A stretch of 63,902 nucleotides of DNA, counting the filler, from Lenisia limosa (Eukaryota; Protista; Breviatea): the NCBI GenBank assembly GCA_001655205.1. It is 15 parts of 15 records of this genome, joined end to end, with 100 filler letters (N's around TTAATTAATTAA, not from the genome) between each part and the next. Parts side by side here need not be neighbours in the genome. Positions count along the whole stretch, not along the records: positions 23,976 to 27,552 come from LPNZ01007091.1; positions 27,653 to 36,049 come from LPNZ01001268.1; 13 more parts are not named here. One strand, given 5' to 3'. Numbering within the stretch: the stretch's first letter is position 1; each line of letters begins with the position of its first letter. Under the pieces are notes generated by a model that searched no databases, was not told the origin of the DNA, and saw only the letters and a program-made list of their open reading frames with translations. Positions 24,098 through 35,689 of the stretch are shown piece after piece. Position numbers and translations under genes: made by a program.

Positions 24098-25602
24098 CCA
24101 TTGACATGAGAAGCTCATCCGGAATGATAGCATTGTACTAGATGTGTAAACAGCAATGGATGGATTGGTAACATGTTTGAATAGCTAATAGCAAGATTGC
24201 CAACCATTCCCATGCAGCCCTCATCAAAAACACCGAGGATAGCCTTCTTCTCCTTCAAAGTGGCAGCAATGGTTTGGCCAACCTGGAAATATCATCACTA
24301 ATTAATACTATGTAGATGAAAACAAAGAGTTCTAGTCAATTCGAACCTTGGTGGCAACGGAGGGAGCAAGAGAAATGTCGAAACATCCAACATGACTCAT
24401 GTCATGCTGAATGATGCTAAGCCATTAAAGCTGGATTGTGGAACTAACTCTAGTTTTTATAAAAACCAATAGCATTGCTCAAATTTTAGTCAATAAGTAA
24501 AGTTGGTACAGTACCAAGTTCACTATCCTGAATACCAAGTCCCACAGACCCAGTGTCAATCCAGGTCTTCACACCATCAACGAAGAAGGCATCGGAGAAC
24601 TCCACGCTCCAAAGTGAACTGTATTGCTTGCCAGCCTGTTTTGTAATACTTCAATCAGCAAATCTCAAACCAAAGAAATGATTGTTAGGAAGAAAAAAAA
24701 AACCCAAAGTTGAAATAGCTTTAAGCAAGACATTCTCAGATTATGATTATCCTCAGTGAATCTAAATATGGTCCCCATCACTACCTTAGTAAGGGAGGCA
24801 TTGAGATTTAAAAGTCCTAAAACAATAAAAAAAGAATGGAATTAATAAACACAGAGCAAATGAAAAACAATGCTAAATCTATATATGGTCCCGGTGGTTT
24901 TATGTCCCACAAAGGCCACCATCCCCGCAAACCGACAAGACCGGGCCACTCGCCTTCGAAGTTGGCAATAGTGAGAATGGGACCTTCATGGCTGTAGAGC
25001 CCGGGGAGAATGTGGTATCTGGGGAGAGGCGGATAAGAAGTTTGACAAACATCCGCCTATCCGCCCTCCCTCACAAAGGAAACTATGCCCTCATGGAGAA
25101 TATTTATTGTTTCAATTTTAACAAGAAGACAAAGCTTCAGACAACTTAACAATCCCCCCCACCCTCCTAACGCGTATTGCCCATCCCTCCTAATGCGTAT
25201 TGCCCATCCCTCCTAACGCGTATTGCCCATCCCTCTCACGTGTATTGCCAGACGGCCTCGACAGCTATCACAGCAGCGTCCTTCGGGATAGAGGTGAAAA
25301 CCTCCATTCCCATCTTTTGTGAACAAATGAATCCGTGTCCTTCCTTCTTGTCGTAGTTGTGGGCACGAATGACATTTACTCCAGCATTTTTAAATGCCTA
25401 AAAACAGTTAATGAAGGAATGTCATAAGAATGCAGCAGATATATCCGCGTAGTGCCAGTATATTTTCATATGTAAGGTCATTAATTGTGTTGCTAACCTT
25501 GGTAACTGACTCCTCCACCTTAGATTGGCGTTCCCAACACTTTTTGTTGGCAGATTCCCGAAAATCTCCGGACGCAACGAGGTAAACTGTTTTAATTGTC
25601 AT
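24098..25602 (-). CDS. Bacterial-type fucose-isomerase-like sugar isomerase family protein, intron-containing (3' truncated at spacer)
   Basis: Eight in-phase exons: [35 protein letters not shown]|[53 protein letters not shown]|[29 protein letters not shown]|[10 protein letters not shown]|[29 protein letters not shown]..|HDMSHV..|..[14 protein letters not shown]|[10 protein letters not shown]. Recognised from memory as colinear with the bacterial family annotated 'fucose isomerase'. Confidence 0.8.
25165..25250. repeat. Tandem repeat, 24 bp x ~3.5, spanning a splice donor
   Basis: CCCTCCTAACGCGTATTGCCCATC repeats. The last unit merges with the exon end (TGGCAATACAC|GTGAGA on the minus strand). 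Confidence 0.9.
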
Positions 25603-25801
25603 TTTATCACTCAAAAAGGAAAAAATGTCAAACAGGAAGGGGGAAAATAAAGGAAATTTGCAAGATAACAAATTATCGAAACTTTTCGAAAATCTTTCGG
25701 ATATATAAAGCTCAAATTTTGAAAAAAAAAAATGATTCTGGATAATATCTGTTTCGTTGCAATTGTATTAATTGCGCTTTATTTAATAACACATTTTTAT
25801 A

Positions 25802-27504
25802 ATGAACTACCAACTCAACCCTGAATTCTGTAAGCTATTCCTTGAATTTTGAATTCCACTCACATCATCTAGCTAAGGACGGCCCATACGGGCAAGAGGA
25901 GGGCATCGAAGTCTGGAGAATTGAGAACCTCCTTCCCGAGCGTGTCTCTAAGGAAACTTACGGCACTTTCTTCTCTGGTTTGTGGGAAACAATAAAACTA
26001 TAAACATAAGTAAACAAACATCTTGCCTTTTCCTCGAATTGAATCTCCCTTCCGCCCGAGAGATAAGTGGCTGATTAGTTTTTATTAAGTTCAATGAACA
26101 TTATGCAACATTAATTTTTCCCAGGAGACTCCTACATTGTCCTCCATACCAAGAAGGTTTGAAAGGATGAAGCATTTTGGGTGGAATTGTTGTCTTTATA
26201 GGGCGCAAAAACAAATTGTTTGGACTTTTGGTCTGACCAGCGCTGTAGAAGGGGACTGCTTTCTCCTGGGACGTCTACTTCTGGCTTGGTGGGTAGAACT
26301 GGGATTTTGTCACTTAGTAACTTCGTTTGACAGCAGATTGAAGCAGTTTCTGATGATGTATTTTCAGAGGGAAGTAGATTTCTATCATGTTCTCACCCTT
26401 TCAGGCCGCGACACCACTGTTGACGAGTCTGGAGCTGCTGCTCTCAAGACTGTGGGAGGGGAGGCGTGGGTTGAGCTCTTTTCTGGGCTTGATGATTGCC
26501 ACTCTGAAACTTTTTTGATCATTTATATTGCTTTGTTTAATATCCTAACGTGAATATTATCTTCCGACAGATTCCTTGGTGACAGAACTTGCCTTTCCTT
26601 GAAATAACGCGTTCAGGTTGATCTTGACGACTCTCTCGGTGGCGAGCCCGTTCAGTATCGTGAGGTCCAAGGCTTCGAGTCCAGTGGGGGGGGGGGNNNN
26701 NNNNNNNNNNNNNNNNNNNNNNNNNNNNNNNNNNNNNNNNNNNNNNNNNNNNNNNNNNNNNNNNNNNNNNTGACACCATCTAATTCAGTGTAGAGGGCTT
26801 CCTGTCCATCTTCAAGAGCGGTGTGCAGTACCAGGACGGTGGAGTCGACTCCGCCTTCAACCATGTCGACCGCGACGCCTTCACCAAGCGCCTCCTCCAC
26901 ATCAAGGGTCGCAAGGCTGTTCGCGTTACTTCCGTGGGGGGGGGGGATGTNNNNNNNNNNTTCATCCTCGACTGCGGCAAGAAGATCTACCAGTGGAACG
27001 GCACCAAGGCCAAGTGAGCCTGGCATGACTCTTTCCCCTGTCATCATTAACTCCGTTTCTTCTTCTCATGAACGAACTGTCACCCGTTATCACCCCCCCC
27101 CCCCNNNNNNNNNNNNNNNNNNNNNNNNNNNNNNNNNNNNNNNNNNNNNNNNNNNNNNNNNNNNNNNNNNNNNNNNNNNNNNNNNNNNNNNNNNNNNNNN
27201 NNNNNNNNNNNNNNNNNNNNNNNNNNNNNNNNNNNNNNNNNNNNNNNNNNNNNNNNNNNNNNNNNNNNNNNNNNNNNNNNNNNNNNNNNNNNNNNNNNNN
27301 NNNNNNNNNNNNNNCTGTGCTTGTTATGTCTAGCTTGTCTACCTTTTAGACTTGTATTTTGTCCCAGAATTTGATTATGTCCTTTTTCGGTTGTCTTACC
27401 CTTCAGGAATTCTGGGAGGAGCTTGGCGGTCAAGGCACCATTTCTGACGATGGTGGAGATGATGACGCTGTTTCTGCCGTCACCACTGAGACCAAACTTT
27501 ACCA
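25802..27504 (+). CDS. Gelsolin/villin/severin-family actin-binding protein (3' truncated)
   Basis: Spliced exons give MNYQLNPEFSKDGPYGQEEGIEVWRIENLLPERVSKETYGTFFSGDSYIVLHTKKKGTAFSWDVYFWLGRDTTVDESGAAALKTVDLDDSLGGEPVQYREVQGFES..FLSIFKSGVQYQDGGVDSAFNHV...RLLHIKGRK..FILDCGKKIYQWNG..EFWEELGG, i.e. gelsolin repeats G1-G2. Confidence 0.93.
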
Positions 27505-27900
27505 GTGCGCTGGAATATTCATTTTCACCAATACCATCCATTTTAATTTCCCNNNNNNNNNNNNNNNNNNNNNNNNNNNNNNNNNNNNNNNNNNNNTTAA
27601 TTAATTAANNNNNNNNNNNNNNNNNNNNNNNNNNNNNNNNNNNNNNNNNNNNCCTTCAGTGTTATTAGTATTTATAACATGTATTGTAGGCAAAACCTGC
27701 ACCCAAGACTCGAAAAAGACCTAAGAAGGCTGTAAAAATCTGAAAATTTGTGTAGTTTTTGTTTTGGTAAATGGAAAGGAATAGTCCAATGGGCATTTTT
27801 TCAAGGAAATAGTTCTGTTTACTCAAAGAGACAATAATATGAATATAAAAACGACAGATGTAAAAATGGACCCCTTTTAGGGACTCGAGGACACGATATA

Positions 27901-28834
27901 GTTAAAACCGCGAACATGATTAAAACCGCGAACAAAAAGGAGGCTTTTCTTTAAATTTTTGAGCCACTACGCTCCTTATTTATGCCTCTTTCGCATTTTT
28001 TGCAAATTATCGCCCGAAACACTCCTTTATACAGGGTTTTATTCATAAGAATAGGCAGGGGTATCAACATCCATGCAAAATACCACCTTCATGGTACTTC
28101 AATTTTTCATGCGAAATACAATAAAAACACTGATTATGGGCCTAGAATGTCCCTGCGATAAAGCAAAGACGTTCTTGCACCATGAGATTTGATTTTTTTT
28201 CCACTCTTGAGTAACCTAGAGGCATTTAAGTAGAGAATACGAGACATATTGGGCAAAAAATGAGCGTAAATTTCCCATAAATGGGCGAAAATATGATAGA
28301 AGATGTTAATAAATCAAGCGAATTTGCCTCTTACCTTGTGTGCCGTTCCAAACGGTAAATGGGTTATTGACGCAGTATATACCTTAATCAGACGTCTATT
28401 TTGTCCATTGGCTCCGTTATAGAGACCGAACAAGAAAAATTCTTGAAAAAACCGTTACAAAAGTTGACTTAAATACCTCAAAATCTCTACATTTTCTCCA
28501 AAAATGGACTTCAGATTCGAATTCTCCTTAAAAATCTGCGTTTCTATGGTGGGGCACTTTAATAGGCTCAAAATGCTATTATTCTGAAAGAGGGGGGTTT
28601 CAAAAAATATTTTCGCGTAAAGGAAACTGGGTGACCCCGGCCGGGTCGATTCTGATCAAAAGATCTTTTTTTTCGATTTTTTATCTCCTCATTATTTTTC
28701 TTTTTGCTCAAAATTTCTTTGTTTTGATGTTATTGATAGTCTAGTACTCAAAACTGCCGAATTTCACACTAAAAAGGGTGTTATTGAAGCGATTTTTGTC
28801 GATGTTTGGCTTGTTCGCGGTTTCGCGGTTTTAA
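27901..28834. mobile_element. Degenerate TIR element (~930 bp), pogo-like ends
   Basis: GTTAAAACCGCGAAC occurs twice at 27901-27933 and is inverted as TTGTTCGCGGTTTCGCGGTTTTAA at 28811-28834. No intact ORF inside. Confidence 0.45.
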
Positions 28835-30599
28835 ACACGATGAATATGATTACAAAATATGACATTTTTTAGATTTTTTTGAACCCGCGGGAATAGGATA
28901 TGACATATTTTGACTCATTGTTCCTCGCTTTTTTAGAAAATAGTCATAGAAGAAAATGGCAGCCTTTCAGCTGCACTAATGACACAAAGAAATGTTCATA
29001 AACCCCCGTTTCTCATACAAAATCAACACCAAAAAAAAAATACTTCAATTCATTTTAAACTCCATTCATGATGCTCCCCAAAAGACACGAGGAACCCAGC
29101 AACTTTTAAAATACCCTTGAAAAGCTCCAGTCGATCATCCTCAAAAGAAACACTCTGAATGTTAAGACTAAGAGTAGGAGATTTCAACCAACCAAAATGA
29201 AGATCAATAGAAAAGATGAGTCATTTTTCCATCTGGTGTTCATTTGATCACTAAAAAAATGGCAATATGCTATGTAAACCTCTGTTGGTTTTGAAACTTG
29301 AGGTCAGGAGATTGACCGAAATTCCTCTTTTTTCTTTTGTGATCACCTGTTTCTTTACCTTTTGTTTTCTTCGTTTAAGAGTTTTCAATCGCCTAACCCG
29401 TATCTAAATAACACTTACAACTAATATAAAGCGGGAGTCCAATTAATGGTGATTTTAGGAAATTCTCCTCAAACCCCATCAAAGATCCATGTTTCATTTA
29501 TTTATCCCTGATAAGCATTTTAAGATCAAAGAGCCCAGGCGATACTTTAGCTTTCTGTTTCTGTAAGATGGTCTTAGAATACTTACTTTTATTTAGTAGA
29601 AAAATCTTGTTCAAGGAGTTTTGAAGTGTGATCACACTGAAGACTTACTACCCCCCCTGTCCCCCTTGTCCCGTAAAGGATCATGATATTAACATAAAAT
29701 ATGATAAATACGGTCGTTTTGAAAAAATATGACGAATTTCCAGAAAAATATGACATTTCCAATTTCCCTAGGGCATATGATATAATATGATACATATGTA
29801 TTCCAGTTGCCTTATTAGTGTAGGTTCGAAAGTTACTCTTAAGTAAGTTTTCAAGCTTCCTATGTGTCTAACTGTACTGTTAAGAATAAATTGAGTCAAA
29901 TTTCTAACATCACACTCTCTCTTTAAGCGGGAGTCCAATTAATGGTGATTTTAAGGACAGTTTTAGGCAACAATTTCTTTTTATATCACTACTAAGCTTG
30001 GGTAGAAGAAGGAAATAGTGATAATTAAGAGTAGGAATAGAGGGGGAGTAGTAAAAATTGAACTAGTTTTTGAGATCTCAGTGAAAACTGATCAAAGTGT
30101 CCTGACGTGGTGAAAGCCTCTTGATTAATAAAAGTAAGTATTCTAATACAATCTAACAGAAACAGACAGCTAAAGATGCANNNNNNNNNNNNNNNNNNNN
30201 NNNNNNNNNNNNNNNNNNNNNNNNNNNNNNNNNNNNNNNNNNNNNNNNNNNNNNCGAAAAAATCAAGAAAAACGGTATGATTGAGTGGGGTAGGGGGTCG
30301 AGAGCAAACAAGGCTAAAATGTAAGAAGAAAAAAGGTGCAGAGCTGTCCTTATCCCCCCCCCCTCTTACCTTTTATTTGCTGTTGCTCGGAGAGTTTGAC
30401 TAAAAAGACATAGCAAGCAGCAATGGGCTTTCTTTGTGTCGTCAGAACAATGAAACTTTTGAGCCTGTGTCTTTCCAGTTTCTCCATACATTTGCTCAAT
30501 GAACGAATCTGACAACAAAGTTGGCTTGTGTTCATTTGGTGGATACTCTACCAAACAAAAAAAGTTAGCTACAGCAATTAAAACTAAATGAAACAAAGA

Positions 30600-31503
30600 A
30601 AGGTGGTGCCTTTTGAGGAAGCCAAGCGATCTTATTACATTCTATACCTCTAAAACATAAATGTACAGATAAACCTACAAAGTTATCCTTCAGGACAAAT
30701 TGGTAGAAATGGCCATGACGACCATTTTCAACATACTCAACAAAACCAAATGGCATATATTGGTGCTCCACCAATTTGAAATAATGGTGGAATGTTCTAT
30801 ACAATTAGAGGATCTACACGATTACTAGCGGTATTTCGGTGGTTGTTGACTACAATTCCAAATTTCTTTATGTGGACCTGCATATTGTCGCCTTCCCACT
30901 TTGCAAACACTTTTCACAAGTACTTCGGTACAGTAGGGGAATACCTATTTGCTCAGAAGAGTCACGTAAGATATTTTCGATGCTACAAAATGAGCTGTCT
31001 ACCACATCAAGAAATCCACCATGAAACTTATCAATACTTCACAAACCAAGCCGGGATGAGGTGAGCCTCGTCAACAACGAAGAGAGCTCATGGTACATGT
31101 TGATGACGGAGTGGAGGAGAGGGCCACGGTAGTTGGGGCCGGTCATCACCATATCCTCAGGAGACAGGTAGCATACATCGTAACAAAGGCGAAGCTTGAT
31201 ACAGTTTAAAACACACATATATAGACCCACGTACAAACAAAAGGGAGGGAGTGGTACTGGCGGATATGGTCCTCGAAGAGAAAGCATGGGAAACCTCTTG
31301 AAGTCCACTCCTTCACCTGGAAGAGGCAGATTGCTTCCAGGGGAGCACACACAAAGGACATATGCGGCCACAAGGAAGGAGAGGGACTTTCCTGAGCCTG
31401 GAGGGGCTACAACCACAAGGCTTCTCTTGGCCATCATGGACCTGATCAGCTTGAGTTGAAGAGGTCGGAGGGAAACAACCTTCTCGGGGTAAAGCCTCCC
31501 CAA
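30600..31503 (-). pseudogene. Intronless RecQ-like SF2 helicase relic with frameshifts and stops
   Basis: Q-motif SLRPLQ, Walker A PPGSGKS (31384-31398), YLSPE, DEAH in a shifted frame (VVDEAHLIPAW, 31061-31072) and RST*RNL, in RecQ order. Confidence 0.7.
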
Positions 31504-32342
31504 AACATTTTTCTGGATATCAGAAAGTCTTTGGAGGACAAGGGACTCAAGGGAAAACGAAGGGAGGGGATGGGAAGAAGAGCCGCCATCTCATATCACA
31601 CCACCGAGTATTATGTGAACTAACAATAATCAACTATCTAAATACGCACGAAAAATGGTCTGGGTTAAAAAAGAAACACGGGCCGGATTGACTCAGAGCT
31701 GCTGGGAAGAATTTTCTGGAAAAAGCTTTTTCCAAAGAAATGGAAAGGTAGTAGTGAGGGTGATGAAGGGGGATCATTTCAGCTCTACTTTTTCCGTTCC
31801 AGAGGCGCATTATTAACTTAAACAAGTACCCCAAACGGGGTATATAGTCTGAGAGGTACTCCTGGAGGTAACTTCTGGCTTCTTTGGAAGCTGCCATTTC
31901 TAATACTGAGTTTTTGCTCAAGTTATTCTAATCACCAATTTATCGTCATATTAAAGAAAACGGATGAGTTTGGTCCGGGTCTCAACGCGACGATATTTTT
32001 ATGGCAGATTTCGTGAGACTCGGTGTGTTTCGGGAAGGTTAAAAAAGGCAAAAAGTAACACGGGCCGGACTAACCCAGAGCTAGGGGTTTCAGCCGCCTG
32101 CTGGTTTAGCCCAGGGCTCTGCTCCAAAGATATCACCTAGGTCTTGTTGTTAAGGAGATTAAAGTAGGTAAAATTATGCTCAGTCTCTTACAATGATGCC
32201 CTTACATTCAAGTAAAAAAAAAAAACCTGAACACGACAATAACCTATAACTGAAAATCCAAATTAAGCGGCTTGGTTACTACGAGAGTCTGCGAGTCCAA
32301 TTGCCCTAAAATAGTAAAANNNNNNNNNNAAAAGGTACCCAC

Positions 32343-34171
32343 TTCTCCACATCAACACGCAGTCCCTGTAGTCTGCGCTGCAAATTGATTGACGCTCGGG
32401 AAACTTCATCATCCATCACAGCCAGTTCACCAGAGAGATCTATAACCTGTTCCTCAAGGTCCATGTCCTGCTTTGTAAATATGCCAACATGTCAAACCTG
32501 TTTCATAGCAAGGTCTTCAACAATTTGCTTTGTGAGTGAAAGGTCCAATGCCGTTCTGTCATGGGTTGCCTTCTCCAACTTGAGTTGGGACTCAATGGTA
32601 CTTAACTCCAGTCGGCCAGCCTCCTCCTAATAATATTCAAACAATAGATGCCCCAAACCTTGTTCTGTGAATGTCGCAACTCTTGTTCAAGATGCGATTT
32701 CAAACCCTCTTCACTGGCCTTCAGCACGTCAACTTCATGCATATATGTTTCATTCTGAATATATGACTAACATAATCACCTTGATACCTGTTCTTGAAGA
32801 AGATGTATTTGCTGCCTAAGTACCTCAACTTCAGCCGTAAGCCTAACACTCTCCTGCCGAGCTTGGTCCTTTGTCAACTCCACTTCACTTCCAAGAGAGG
32901 CACATGTTTGCTTCAAGCTTTTATGTAATTATTAAATATAAAAAAAAACACCAACTCCAATACAACCGTGCGATGTTCTTCACCTTTCATATTGAAGGCG
33001 TCATCATTGTTCTTTGTCATCTAAAAGAGAGCAAAAGGGTTCATTGTGACAAAAAAAATACCTGCTGTAACTTCTGTTGCCACTCAGCTTCCACTTCAGC
33101 TGCAATTGTTGCCCTCGCATCAATTCGCGCTGTTAATATCAATGCAAAAACATCCAAAAAAAATAAAAAAAATAAAAATAATATAATCCACACACCATTT
33201 GTAATTAGATCCTCAAGTTTTCCTCTCAGTTCCTCGGTTTCATTTTCAGCTTTTGTTGCTCTTTCATTAAGAGATAATTCGGAGGCCTGAATTTCCTCTA
33301 ATCGGGATTTCAGTCTTGAGATCTCTTGTTCCGAATCTTGTTGCCCTTGAGAGTGAGAACCTTAAGAGAGGCAACGAATCCCCACGTTTGATGGCCTCGG
33401 ATAAAGACTCGTGAGACACAGTAGACAAGACAGTTGCAACAGGTGGGGTTGTAATTGGTGGAGCTGGGGTAACTAAAAGAGTTAGTCACAAACAACTGAA
33501 ATTCTGAAATAACGTTGAGCAAAAATGTCTTCTTTGTACCTGATGGGGTAACTGCAGTGGACTCAATTGGTTTGACATAATTACCAGGAAAAGTTCCTGT
33601 TTTCCCTTCATATTCACCTGTGTCCAATAAAGGGAAACACAGAAGGGCATCCAACCTTTCCACCATCCTGAAGATTTCTTTTCGGTAACGGTAATAACAG
33701 CACCTTTCGGGAAGGCTAAATGTGTGTCCTGCAACTGTCAGAAAACCATAAATAACCAAACCTTGGCTGCTTTAAAAGCATGATTGGCCTTAACCTGCTC
33801 TGCTGTGGGTGAAGAAGCCTATTTATTTAAAAATCAGAGTTGAAAAACCGTCACATAGTCAATAATCTCACCTTATTGACTGCTTCTTCTGTGATCTTGA
33901 CATAATTTCCAGGAAAGAGCCCTTTGTTCCCATCAAACTCTCCATAAAACCACCTTATTTGGTTACTCACGCAATAGCCTACCCGCTCTTCTTTTGCTCA
34001 AGAATATCGATTACGACCCCCTATAAAAAAAAAGATCAACAAGATAAGGCTCTACCTTAGGAAAAGAAATCTGTGTGTCTTTCTTGGCACTGTAAGCGTA
34101 TGACGATACTCCATTGACTTTACCTGAAAAGAAAGAAGTTACAAGATTCAGTTGAGATAAGCCATACCCAT
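32343..34171 (-). CDS. Tandem SH3 plus coiled-coil adaptor (CD2AP/CIN85-like architecture), 3' end uncertain
   Basis: Exons give MGKVNGVSSYAYSAKKDTQISFPKGVVIDILEQKKSGWFYGEFDGNKGLFPGNYVK and VKANHAFKAAKDTHLAFPKGAVITVTEKKSSGWWKGEYEGKTGTFPGNYVKPI (two SH3 domains), followed by E/K/L-rich heptad exons. Confidence 0.85.
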
Positions 34172-34651
34172 TATTGTATCCAAGGTTTCGGGATTCAGTA
34201 AGCAATAGGATACAATATCCAAACAATATCTCAAACTTTTATATACAATACAACTCCCAGCTCAAACTCCGTCTGAACAACTGCAAATGTTTTGCTGCTT
34301 TGCCAAAGTCAGGCCAAAGTTTTGCAGTGCTTGTTTTCTTGTGCAATTTTCTGTTTTTTCAGGGGCCCACCGGGATTTGACCTAGAAAACACTGGGGGGT
34401 CTATATAATATATTCAGAACATTATCAACGTGATTAAGCGGGCAAGAAGCCTTTTATTCAATTCATTGTGTCTCTTTGTATTTGGTGGAGTTGATTCGGT
34501 TTGTCATCTTTTTTTTAGTCGACAGTTTTATAATTTCAAAATTACCCCCCAAAATGGTCATATCCTTTCTTGATTAAGAATTGTCTTTCTTTCATTGTTT
34601 GTTGTCAATCTTTTTGACTTGTGATCCATTATTTCGTAATAAAATAAGAGA

Positions 34652-35560
34652 ATGAAACACCTTGATTGGTCGACAGCAGAAAATCTTACACTGTGTCATG
34701 GAAACCACCGAGCCGAGTACTTAGATCTACTGCGACGATTGGAGACGACCAATGCGCTGGTGCAAGCAGGACTGCTTAAAGACAATTTCGTCAGGCCACA
34801 AAAGGTCACCCTTCCCCCAGTCAATGACACCCACCCGCAATCCCATTTGGTGACTTCAATATGAGAAAGTTGACAATAGAAGATGAGCACCCAATTTTGC
34901 GCCAATTGGGCGTTTGACTGGTTTCAAGCTGACTGACATTTTTCGGATTACTGCTGAATTCAGAAGAGTCGCTCAGATCTTAGATTCTGGTGAAGATCTC
35001 GCTCCAGACCAAGCCATTGCGCTGCAAGCCAAAGCCATGGTTTTGAATGATGAAGCAGTGGATACACTCAGTGATGTTGAAAAAGGATTCTTACAGGGGT
35101 CTGCAGCGACATTGGCTGTTCTTGAGTTACGAGATAGCTCTGTTCTCAAAAAGCTTCCGTTAATATCCAGAGCTTTATTGGAGTCTGAAAACCAACGTGA
35201 TATTCTTGAATCTGTTGTGAAGTCTGTTTCAAACATTGGTCCTTCAACTGATATTATACTAAAGCCCGTAAAATTCTTTGTTTTAGAACGCGGAGAGCAA
35301 GGAGCTATACAACTGTGAAAGGAAGAGAAGAGGAGCAAGGAATCTTGAACTCAGTCCGTTTGCCGCATGGTCCCCGAATAGTCCCCCCCTCCGGTGCAAC
35401 AATTGCCGATATCGAATCAGCCACTAAGAGCGAAGATTGAGAGCTCATAAAAAGTCCACAAATCCTAAAGACTCACCAAAGCCTGTGAAGACAGACGCCA
35501 AGTTCAAGTCTTTACGTGATATCCTGAAGCATGGCCAAGTTAATGAGCCAAATGCCATCT
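34652..35560 (+). pseudogene. Intronless, stop-broken coding relic, probably mobile-element derived
   Basis: Two consecutive ORFs (34652-34864 and 34914-35318) separated by stops and lacking introns, unlike host genes, directly upstream of a YqaJ-like relic. No family was recognised. Confidence 0.35.
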
Positions 35561-35689
35561 GAACTACCATAGAACAATTAATAAAGCTGATGTTTCTATC
35601 TGATACGCAGGTTAGATATGCCTTATTTCATTATTCCATTTTTTCGTTTTTGTGTTCATACTTTAGATCATTTAGTGTGGGCTCATCAC

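Noticed and set aside
24098-25602. Bacterial contamination explaining the bacterial-like genes
   Set aside because: The isomerase-like, TSP3 and deaminase genes have multiple in-phase GT-AG introns and sit beside host genes or host repeats.
24098-27504. Operon-like or functional clustering of the genes across the window
   Set aside because: The window is 15 unlinked pieces. Only neighbours within one piece are meaningful, and no shared pathway links them.
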